From Dimorphilus gyrociliatus (Eukaryota; Animalia; Annelida), in the NCBI GenBank assembly GCA_904063045.1, contig CAJFCJ010000006.1, positions 4,480,408 to 4,544,407 of the forward strand: a DNA stretch of 64,000 nt, written 5' to 3'. The notes beneath the pieces were generated by a model, which did not search any database, was not told the origin of the DNA, and was given only the letters and a program-made list of their open reading frames with translations. This document shows positions 36,167 through 47,771 of the stretch, piece by piece (the stretch's first letter is position 1; the number at the start of each line of letters is the position of its first letter). Made by a program: the position numbers and the translations under genes.

Positions 36167-39100
36167 ATGAAAATGGCGGAATATAGAAAGAATCTTAATT
36201 TAAAAGATAATGATTTAGAACGTGTACTAAGTGGACATGTTCGAAATATACCAAAACAACAATCATCCGTTATAAGAATATTTCTAAGTTCAACGTTTAC
36301 TGGTAATTCTAAACTTTAAATAGTTTTTAAACCGTTTGTTTACTGTTGCTAATGTCGCGCGAACATTTTACTTTTTCATTTTCTTCTTTTTTTTCCTATG
36401 TTTAATAATGAGTTTATTGCAAAGAAAAGTTAAATTAAATTTAATTAACCAGATATGCAAGAGGAGAGAAATGTCTTAATGAGAGAAGCTTTTCCACTTA
36501 TAAGGAAATTTTGCATTAGCAAAGGTTTAGATTTTCAAGTTGTCGATATGAGATGGGGAGTAAGGGAAGAAGCCCAAATTGATCATAAAACTACCGAATT
36601 ATGTTTAAATGAAGTAGAAAATTGCAGAAATTTATCAGTTGGACCTTGTTTTGTGGTAAAATAATTCTCTTTTATATAATTTATTTATGGAAATAGTCAA
36701 TCTTTGAAAAGTTTCCCTTTTCAATAGGCTCTTTTAGGCGATAAATACGGCAATCGACCTTTTCCCAACAAAATCAATAAAGATGAAATGGATTTATTAA
36801 AACGTTGCGCTAGAATGGAGGCACGCAATACGAAGTTGTTAGACGAGTGGTTTGAATTGGATGAAAATGCAGTACCAAAAGAATACGTTCTGAAACCAAT
36901 CACATCCATTATTCCTGATTACAACAATATAGATCAACCCGAATTAATGAAAGCGGCGAATGATGAATGGATGGCCGTTTGTGATATAATAACAAGTTTA
37001 TTAAGACATTCAGCAAACTACGCTTACGCTACTGGAAAACTAAATGCTGAAAAGAAACAAAAATATTTTTGCTCTGGTAAGAAATCAAATTCACTTTGAT
37101 GGTCTATGTCTTAATCCGAGCCTGTAGTGATTTCCTTCTTTACGAAGGCGTAACATCTTTTTCATTTTTCTCATTCCCTTCTTCTTCTTCCACTTTTTTC
37201 TATCATCGCAATCTTCCATATCTTCGGGGCATTTACATTTCCACATTTTAGATTTTCTATGTTTCATTTCACTTTCAACGCATTCGGATTTTCCAGGACA
37301 ATCTTTTTCTTTCAAAACAATTCCTCCTTTTTCTATTTTGCAAATGATTGGATGGTAATTCTCATCATCAACATCTGAACAAACTGAAAATCTGATTTCA
37401 GCTGGAGGGGTGCAAACGTAGGGTTCTGGGCACTCCTTAATTACTTTCCTGTAGCCCCTTCCTGAATATTCAATCTTACAAATGCTTTTATTCTTCTGTA
37501 AAAGATTCTGGTTGCGACCCCATTTTTTACTTTTACCGTAAAATCTTGATCTTTCAAAATCTTCGTCCTCATTTTTAATACAATGCCAATTTGTTGAATT
37601 TTTTGGTAAGCATTCCATACCTTCGTCACAGTCATCTTCTTCAACTATTTCGCCAAATTCTTCCAGTTTGCACACTTTATCAGTTGTTTTATTTGCTCCT
37701 TTACAAAAGTATTTTACTTCGGGCGGAGGTAGACAGTCGTGACTGTAAGGACATCTTCTTGTATCGTTAACGGTACCATTTTGAAGTATCACTTTGCAAA
37801 CTCGACGTAAATTCTTCCTATTATGACGTTCTTTTCGAGCCCTAAGTCTCATTTTCATTTGACATTCTTCATCTTCGCTATCTTCGCATTGACATCGCCA
37901 TTTTTCAGCTCTGGGATCTTTTTTATATCTTTCTACGCATTCACTTTCTACGGGGCATTCTGAACTTCGTACAACGTCACCAAATACTTCAATTCTGCAT
38001 AGTTGAGTGATATTTCGGCTGCAAAAGAACAGCTTTACATCTGTTGGCGGTAGGCACACCTCATTTTCTTCACATTCTTTCAGCTCTAATTCCGTTCCGT
38101 TTCTATAGACAATCTTGCATAGGTTGGTAATCTTATGTCTATGAGTTTCCCCAATGCAAAAGCTAGTAAAAAGAGCTAGAAGGACGCTGAAGACGTTCAT
38201 GCTCTCGAATCTTGACGATCACTGTGAAGAAACCCATATTCAAATCCCTATTTATAGCACTTTTCAATAATGGACCAACGCTGATGAGAAATGGAAAACC
38301 CATGAATCATTCAATGGGTCAACTATCGGTCATTTCTTTGTTCAAACAAAGATGCCAAATAGACCAAGCGATGAATAATCCTCAAATAGACACACAATGT
38401 TACATAACTTGCACATGAATGGCATTTAAAAAGGATTTATAGTTCAAAAATAAATAAAAGATAATATTTTCATATTTTACTTTCAGTAACTGAAAACGAA
38501 ATAATACAAGGAATTCTGAAAAACGTTGACGATTCAGACAATAATTGCCTATGTTTTTATAGAACGCTTGAAGATGTTAATATAGATGATCCTTTAGCAC
38601 GTTAGCCCTCATTTCATTTTTTATATTCATGCATGCACTTTTAACAAAGAAACTCTCTTCTTTTATAAGGTCGATTCATTGATGTAGAAGGTGGACAAGT
38701 TGACGTTGACGCCCAAAGTCTATTGCATGATTTAAAAAAATTAACTTTACCCAGCGTCTTTAAATCAAAAAATATTTTTAAATATAACATAAAATGGACA
38801 AAACATGGAGTTGATCCTAGCTACGTCGAACACTCTGAATATTTAGAGCAATTCTGTAAAGATTTTGCAGAAAGTGTTATAGGGCTAATTCGGAGAAAAT
38901 TAGATTCTGATGAGAGATTTAAAACAAATGCTATGATTGCTAAATCTCTTTACTCGGAAATAGTTCATCATTCTACTTTCTGTTTTAAAAAAATTGTCTC
39001 GTTCTATGGTAGAGAAGATTTGTTGAGAGAGGTACAAGACAAATTACAGACGATAAAACCGAATCCCCATTTTAATCAAAACTCTGTTGAGGAGACGAAA

Positions 39101-42100
39101 GAAAAGGATGGAGGAATTTCTGAGGATAGTACTGCTAGTGCAAGTGATGAGGATGATGATGAGACACAAGGGGGCGACGAAAAAGAAAAGATAAATGAAA
39201 CAAAATATGAACACTTGAAAGAAGTTGTTATTGAAAAAGAACACAGCGATTTGCCCCTAGATCACAGTTTGCAGCAAGAATTACTGTACGAGCATGTAAA
39301 TGAATATAGAAAACCGTTAATTCTGCATGGAATTTCCGGTAGCGGTAAGACCGCTTTGATGGCTAAAATTTGCGATATGGGTGAGAAATGGTTTGGGGGT
39401 AAAGTAGTACGCATAATCAGGTTTCTTGGTACTAGTCCCCAGAGCTATAATATTAAAGAAGCACTAATAAACGTTATTCAACAAATATGGTTTAACTATA
39501 GCGTAAATCCTCCATCTGATCTGGACTTGAGTGCAGATTTTTCATACTTGATATTATATTTTGAAGCACTCCTCCATAGAATCGATACGTCCAATAGACC
39601 TCTACTGATTATACTTGACTCAATTGATCAATTAAATTCTGACAATTATGCTCACTCTTTGCAATGGTTGCCTCGATTCATGCCACCTACAGTTTTTATG
39701 ATAATATCATTTATCTCCGATTTTAAAGATTGCCTTGAAATTGCTAAAAGTAGGATAGGAGAAGACGATAGGTGTGTATTAGCTAGGAAATACTTTAATA
39801 ATTGAATAAATATTAAAACATAATCATTTAACCATTCTAAATGAATAACAGATTCGTTGAGATAACTAATTTACCAAAAGATTCAGCTCAAATTATCCTA
39901 GATTCGTGGTTTAAAGTATTTATCTTTAGAAACATTCAAATCTCTTATTTAATTATATTTATTGCTATTGTTACTAGGCGGTTGGAAGGACTGTAACACC
40001 TGAACAAGAGTTATATGTTATTGGATGGTATAAGCAATGCGAACAACCTTTATATTTGAAATTAGCTTTTGAACAAGCTGTCAAATGGTCCTCTTTCACT
40101 CCTAGAGAAGATTGGCGTATTGAAAAGAGTGTTGAATTAAGTATAGAAAGGCTTTTCCGTAATTTAGAAAAAACTCATGGAGAGATTCTTGTCTCTAAGG
40201 CATTAGGTTAAAAAGATAAATGTGTTTGTATATTCAAATAGGCCTTATTATATTCATTTTACAGGATACTTAACCGTTGCACGTAGTGGACTTGCCGACG
40301 CTGAATTGGAAGATATTTTAAGCTGTGATGACGATGTACTTCAAGATTTATATATTCACCATTTACCACCCGATCCTAAGGTTATTATTTAAATAGAATG
40401 TATAGTATTATTTAAAAAAGAGGGAGAATATATCGACTACTACGTAGATATATAAATTTATATATATACATATATGTTTACACACGTATATCTTTCTTTG
40501 TCTTGTTTTGCTTTTTTATTATTGTCTTTTTAATGTTTTTAATAACGTTTTTATAACAATCTTTTGTTTTTTTTTAAAAACACGTCACTATTATTTTCAG
40601 ATGCTAAACTATGTGCACGAATGTTATTATGGCTTTTATGCACTTTACCACTATTTTCTTTGATAAGCTTTTATTTCGTTCTATTTACATTTGGTAAGAT
40701 ACTGATTAAGTTTCAGATAGTATTATACAAGTGTTTTATTAGGTTGTTCGTCTTCCCCCTCTCCTATGGAAGAGAATTCGCCACTCATTAGGAGAATACC
40801 TTGTTGAAAGACGGGCTAATGGAAAGGATGTAGTCTTCTGGTATCATAGAACTTTCCAGGAAACCGCTCAGAAAAGGTAAAGTTTTCTAGTAAGGAAAAA
40901 TAAACATTCTTTTTATCACCCTTATTTACATCCAGGTACGCTTGTGAAGAAAAATTAAGATCTCTCCATTCATCCATTGCCGATTACTTCGAAGGGAAAT
41001 GGGCAAATTGTATCAAGCCTATCGAATTCTTTAAGAAAAAGATCGCAACTTTTTCAGATTGTAGTCGACAATCGCCTGAGCAGCCTATAATGCTCGCTGA
41101 AGGGATATATAATCTACGAAAATTACAAGAATTACCTTTTAATCTTATACACGCACTTCGATTCGATGCATTCGTTAGAGATATTTGCTCCAATTTTAAA
41201 TGGTTATACTCTAAGATAAGGGCAACGTCCATAGACGAAGTTATGTTTGATCTCGATTTGGCTTTGAATGTTATACGAGAATTTCAATTAATGACAGTCA
41301 ATATGGAAACAGATTCATTAAGTGCAAGTAGCTTGATAGAATTTGGCCAAGGCTTTATTAAGTCAAAAACTGCGGTTGAAGACTGCGAACACGAGGTTAG
41401 GAGTTTGAAGAATGCTTTCACTTTGAACCGAGATGTGATTAGGAAAGATGTTAATCATTTAGCGATTGCCGTAAGTTTCTTTTTACTGTCTCAAATATAT
41501 CCATCAGTATTGGTCGTATACCTCTTATTTTCATACTACTACTAGTAGTAATAGAATATTCTGATTAACAGCTTTTAGGGCAGTTCGTCGACGTTCCACC
41601 TCCTTCAAGGTGTTTAGCAGCATTGAAAGAACAGGCTGCAGAATGGGTTGAAAGAGTTAGAATTCCACTTATGCTACCAATTACACAATGCCTTCTTGCT
41701 CCTGGTTTCAATTTATTAATGAATATAGATTCTACAATTTTCTATATGGGAGGTAAATGATATTTGTACAATTCAAAAGCATATTCTTTATAATAATTAT
41801 TATGAATATATTGCAATTAGACCCTAAAAGTAATGAAAGCAAGCTGGTTGTATCAAGCGATCATCGATCATTATATGTTTGCGAAAGAACTCATTCTAAA
41901 GGGGATATAATTAAGATATTCCATTTGGAACAATTAGGAAATGTTGTATCCCTTCCGCAACTCACGAAGACTGTAAAATCAATAGATTTAAGAGGAAAAG
42001 ATGATCAATTTATAAACATTACGGCTTATGACCGACGAGACGAATATGATCCTATCGTCTCAACCTTAATAATTGACCAAAGAACGCAGGATGAGATTCT

Positions 42101-43666
42101 GCCGCCATCTGGCGCCAAACGACTGTTTTATTCAAAAACGGGTCGATGCTCCATAGTTCCCGGGATTTTTAGTACGTGTACATTCAAATATATACATATA
42201 TATATATATATAAATTTTATAGATATATACAGTAAAAATGTATATATATATATTTAATAATAATATTTCCTTAAGCAGAATATGAATATATGATATTTAA
42301 TATTTCCTGCTAAACAAACAGATGGCAAACCGGAGAATGAAACGCAAACATTTATCGGTTCTTTGATTGATCATGAAAACAATGCAAACCAGTCAGGTAT
42401 TCCCATATCAATAAAAAAGGCAGATTATTTTAAAATCATACGAGGCGTCGAATTTTGTTTTGATGATTCCTATTTTATAATAACAAGTGCGAATGCCCAT
42501 GGTGTATGGATGATTTATAAGGGAAAGCCTAGGTTTGTATTAATCTTTCTTATCTTCTTTATATTGCAATTTGCGTGGCAATGCAATAAGAAAATAATAT
42601 AAAATAAAGAGGTAAAATGATCTTCCAGTATATTTATTCTTTGAAATACCACACCGAAATAGATATCAACACCTATGGAAGGATGTAGACGATGCCGAAA
42701 ATGCTTTTACTGGATTTGAGAATTCGAAGGGCGATTTGGCTGTTTTAAGTCAAAGTCAGGCTATAACTTCGAATGGTTACTTTCTAAGTTCTGGTTTCAA
42801 ATATGATGACGAAGGAAAATTGTATGTTAGAAATATTAAAACCGGCGAATTAGTTTGGATACTAAATGGTGGAGACTATGATTTAAACTTTGTAAGCCTC
42901 GACCCAACTGAGAGATTAGTTGCTGTGGCATCATCGGCCTCTTTTGTGACGTCGAACAAAGTACCGAAAGCTGTCTCGATTTTTAATTTGGAAAGTGGGA
43001 AATTACATACGACTATTAAAGAACGAACGCCATGTTCTCTATTGGAATTTTTCGAAACATCGTATATCGTAACCTGCAAATTATACAATGGTCATGTACT
43101 TCAATTCTGGTACATAGGCGATGTAAATGATCCATGTCCGGACCCTCAAGTTATGTTTGAAATAACGTCGCATGATGGCACCGTTATCTTCTTCAATGCT
43201 CTAGAGGATAAGGGTCTAATCATAACCGCTAGCTTAGATAATACCATCAAACTATGGGATTATAAAAAGTGAGAATTCAATTATTGATGATCGTCAATCA
43301 TATTTCGTTTGCTTTATTTTATTGTCATTACCATTATTACCATTTCTATTTTTATGCACCTAATAGAATTCTCACCGAAATTCGAAACAAAGTGGAAGAT
43401 TATATGCAAGAAGATCGTAGAGCAGAAATAAAACTGCAAAAAATGGAGATGCTGCAGCGACCTTTGAAATTCCAAGAAGGGGCTATGGATGTATGCGGTG
43501 TTGCGATTAATGGGTTCGTGATTATTTCCATCTTCCAACCTTCTAGCCATTCATATTCAATAATATATATATATATATATATAGATATATATACCATTAT
43601 TACGCCTTATATTCCGTGCGAAAATATTTATTCTTTATATTAGACGTCTTGACAATTTTTATATAT

Positions 43667-43714
<48 letters not shown>

Positions 43715-45102
43715 CTGTATATCTGGTGTATATACTAATAGTTATATATATGTTTGCTGTTTTCCCTATAATAGGCTTAATGGAACTGCAGTGGTCGTGA
43801 CTCTAGATCAATTAATAATCTGTTATAACTTGAATGACGGAACAGAAAGATACTTTGTTAAACTCGACTACCGTGTGAACAGTTTAGCCATTACAAAAGA
43901 TGGAAAGTATATTATTACAGCAGGAGAGAAGAGCTGCGTATACGATGCGAACAGCGGTTAGTTTTAATGCTCTATATCTTTGAGATGTTCACTAGGCCTA
44001 AAGCCCTTTTGACCTTAATCCTCTCAATCTTACTCCAACTTTTTGTCAGGTAAATTACGACATATACTGGAAGAATGTAAGAACGTAAATTACGTAGTAG
44101 AATCAAACGGAATAGCTATAATATCTAAAGGCGGTATGGAGGGGATAGGACATATATATTCCGTGGAGGATGGAAAGTACATAAGAAAGCAGGACACTTT
44201 GTATGGTTTTAATTTTGCAGCAATTACCTCGGACGGAAAATACGTTAGTTAATTAATTTAATATATTATTATAATTTAAGGTAAAAGATCCATTAACAAA
44301 ATCTGATTTTACAAAACTTTCTCAGGGCGGAACAACTATATTTGATTTTCCTATGATTTTTCCCACGGAGAATGAAGATAATAGTGGATTTCAAATGCCG
44401 GATACGATGATGGCTTCGTGCTCTTGCCTTAAGTTTAGTCCCGACGATAAAATGTTGATATCAGCCAGCACGGATGGAACAGTTCGGGTAAGAAAAAAAA
44501 AAATAAAAATAAATAAAGAAAAAAAAAACGTAATATTCTCTTACAAATGGAATATAGGACTATTTATATTTGTACAGGTTCTGGAGTGTCCGTCGAGCAA
44601 ATATCGCTTCCAAATGCGTCACAATTCCTCCGTCACCAATATAGCGTTTGCCGAAAAAGAGAAGCATATATTAACAACTTCCTTCCGTAATATACTTGTA
44701 TGGTGCTCAAAAACAGGCAGCCTAATTTACGCCTTAAAACGCCATACGAATTTTATACATAAGATATTCTTCTCCTGCTCTGGAAGATTTCTGATAACTT
44801 GTTCAATCGATAAAAGAATAATCTTATGGGATTACGAACGTAAATGTTCTATCGCTGATTTTCACGCTCACGGCGCTGTTAAACATATGGATGTTGATCC
44901 TAATCTCGATTACATAATATATACACCAACAAACATCAGTTACATGGCTCTAATAAAACCCAATAATATGCTGAAGAATATAATCAAATGCGGAGAAAGC
45001 AATGCGATACCAACACCTGTTCAGCAAGCACAGGCTGTTGCCTTAGCCTTTTCCAGTTCGAGTGTCGCTTTGAAAACGTCAAAAGCGTGTTGCATACTTT
45101 AA
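36167..45102 (+). CDS. NACHT and WD repeat-containing protein (NWD1/NWD2-like; DUF4062 + NACHT STAND NTPase + WD40), C-terminal CaaX
   Basis: N-terminal RIFLSSTFT|DMQEERNVLM..FQVVDMRWGV (DUF4062-type). Walker A GISGSGKT, Walker B LLIILDSIDQL, winged-helix region (GLADAELEDILSCDDDVL), several WD40 repeats (SLDNTIKLWD, SIDKRIILWD). Ends SKACCIL*. Confidence 0.9.
37091..38200 (-). CDS. Intronless secreted cysteine-rich repeat protein (369 aa), nested antisense in the NWD-like intron
   Basis: Single ORF with signal peptide MNVFSVLLALFTSFCIG, 28 Cys in six related modules, 7 N-glycosylation sequons and a basic tail. Lies inside host intron 37077-38486. Confidence 0.88.
   Translation of the reverse strand: MNVFSVLLALFTSFCIGETHRHKITNLCKIVYRNGTELELKECEENEVCLPPTDVKLFFCSRNITQLCRIEVFGDVVRSSECPVESECVERYKKDPRAEKWRCQCEDSEDEECQMKMRLRARKERHNRKNLRRVCKVILQNGTVNDTRRCPYSHDCLPPPEVKYFCKGANKTTDKVCKLEEFGEIVEEDDCDEGMECLPKNSTNWHCIKNEDEDFERSRFYGKSKKWGRNQNLLQKNKSICKIEYSGRGYRKVIKECPEPYVCTPPAEIRFSVCSDVDDENYHPIICKIEKGGIVLKEKDCPGKSECVESEMKHRKSKMWKCKCPEDMEDCDDRKKWKKKKGMRKMKKMLRLRKEGNHYRLGLRHRPSK
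38250..38256 (-). promoter_or_regulatory. TATA box (TATAAAT) of the nested secreted-protein gene
   Basis: gcTATAAATaggg on the minus strand, about 50 nt upstream of the ATG at 38200. Confidence 0.6.
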
Positions 45103-45533
45103 GTGATTTGTTTTTTTTTTCAATATACGCAAGTAAGAAAGAAAGAAGAAAAAAAACAACTAAATAGTAAATATATATAATATATATATATAAATAGACA
45201 AGGAAAATTTTTTGCCAATATTTTTAATGATTTATTACGAAATGGTTGCTAAATAAATTGGGTAAACGATTCAGATTGATTTTTAGATAGGTATATAAAG
45301 AAATACTATGACGATTCATCTGAAGAATATTATAAATTTTAGGATTTCAAACAATAAATGTTATGATACGAATGATTAATTTATTTATAGGGGAATCGGT
45401 AGAGAGAGGAACAATGAATAAATGAATGAATGGATGGATAAATGAAAAAAGATTGAATGAATGAAAGAGAGATTTAAAATATGATAGAAATAAAAAATCA
45501 TATTATTTACCCTATTATTTTGAGATAAGAGGT

Positions 45534-47613
45534 TTAGCTACTTGTTTTAGTCCATTTAGCTGTCGTTATCGGGTGAAAGAGTACCAATGTCGTGGCGATA
45601 ATAGCGATTAGGCATATAAAGAAAAAGAGTCTATCAAATACTTCCGCTAATCTCTTCCAATCTTTTGAATAATCCGGAGTTTTTTCTCCTCCTTCTTTCG
45701 ATAACTTCCTATCAAAATTTGCAACGCTTTTCTTTCTCGATGGAACAGAGAGGACAAACGGCAAACTTTGGGCTACGGACGGTCTATTGTCTCTTTGATG
45801 GTCGGATGAGGAACTTGCATAGCTACTTCTAACAGAATGAGATCCTTTCCGACTATCCTGGCTCGGCGGCAATTTACAGAAAGAGCACATGCAGAATAAA
45901 CGAGCTAGAAAGACGAAGAAAAGTTTCTTTGCCCACTTTGGAACAGGTCTTTCACCAGCGTGGTGTAGATTTAGAACAAACACAGTGGAGACCATTGCCA
46001 ACGTTGTGATGGCCATGGTAGAGGTTAGATAAATACCCAATAAAGGCACGTGATCTGATGTTCTGGGTATCGTATCGGCAACATTTAAAAGAAAAAGACG
46101 AAAAGATAGTAAAGCAGCTACACCAATGTGAACCTTTTGAGCTGGAGTACAGAAAAATACGCTGAGCAGGACGCACGAGGTTAGTATTCCTGGGAGAATA
46201 ACATTCATTATATAGAAGGCACTTTTCCTTTGCAGATGAACTGAGAATCGTATAAAAGAGAAGCGTTCATTCGGACTATTTTTAAAGCTAAATTCGTGTC
46301 TTTTCGCCTATATTTGAAAGCATTGAAGAGATAAGTAAAAAAAGAGACAGAGAGAGAGAGAGAGAAAGAGAGAAAGGGAAATTCCTACCTCTGTCCAAGA
46401 AATATTCCATTCGCCATTATCTTCGAAGCTTTCTACAATAATAGATTCTCTATCAGAAGTAAAATTCATCTTATTTGTAGGATAAGTCCAAGCTCCGAAT
46501 CGCAGGTTACTAAAAGGGAAGGATGGAAAAGAGAAATTATATTAGGAAACCTAATTAGTCAGTAATCTTTTCTTGATCTTTTAATCCTACTACATCGTAC
46601 TACATACCAATTTTGTTCGTCAAATGGATAATATGTGATGTCTATTCCGCACATAGTTTTGAACACTCCCCCAGGTTCCCATCGAACCGAACCGTCCGGA
46701 TGAATTGTCGCGTAAAATTGACTAAAGTCGCCAATGATTGCGTCAGCCCTAAATAAAGCCGGGGAAAAAAAGAGACAGAAATAAGATAAAGAAAGAAATT
46801 GAAAAGACAAACGTATTGCGGACGAAAAAAAGTAAAAAAGAGATTAATATAGAGAGAGAGGGAGAGAGAGAGAGAGAGAGAGAGAAAGAAAGAAAAAAAA
46901 GATAGATGTGCTAGAGATATATTGAATTAATTAAATATCTTTCCGGTTGCAAACATTAAGGAAAGATGACGGTATCGTCTAATTTTACCTACCCATTAAT
47001 AACTGCAAATTCTGGTGTCCAAACTGTACTACCGCTTACTACCAATTCATCTAGCATGGTCAGGTTCCTATCCCATCTTAATCTTTCATCTATCCACTGA
47101 AATATTAACATACCGGTCGTAGTTAACACTTGATTTCTCACATTCAATTCTTGGATTTGCATAAGAGAGAATTTCATTTGAACCACCACTGTATCCGAAC
47201 TATTAAGTACGGGTCTGGCGCTAGGATTATAATCCTGAAATAATTGTTTCAGTAGTTTTTCTTCCTCTGAAGTTCTTTTATACTTGGAAGAAACTTCTAA
47301 ATTAATGAAGATAATAAAAATATTCAGTACCATATAGTTAAAAGGGAAGGTCTATAAAGAAGGTAAAATAACGCGGAGAAAGGGACTATCCTATATGCTA
47401 ATCTAAATCATTGATCAGTCACCAGCACGCATATATGTAATTCACATATGTTTTCCCGGTGTAAAAAAAATTGATTGGCATAAAATACAAGCAAATAAAG
47501 TGAAGTCCGAATGTAGAGCTTACTCCTCTTTCTTTCTTTCTTTTTTACATCTTGAAATATAATATGCGAAGGTAATAGGATAGGAAAAACTTGTAGAAGT
47601 GAGATAGATAGAG

Positions 47614-47644
<31 letters not shown>

Positions 47645-47771
47645 GCGTTGTTTATAGAAGGAGGAGAGAGGGGAGGGGAAATGAAATAATACATATATAT
47701 AGTAAAAAAATGAACAAGCCAATATGGAATAGAATAGATAGATATATAGATTTGGTGGGGAATAGAACCAT
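45534..47771 (-). CDS. Divergent Cys-loop ligand-gated ion channel subunit (nAChR-like, non-alpha); start tentative
   Basis: EEKLLKQLFQDYNPSARPV, WIDERLRW, WTPEFAVIN, Cys-loop CGIDITYYPFDEQNC, FGAWTY, M1-M3 (FYIMNVILP, QKVHIGVAALLS, VPLLGIY), M4 (WKRLAEVFDRLFF). No vicinal CC in loop C. The signal-peptide exon at 47771 is tentative. Confidence 0.88.
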
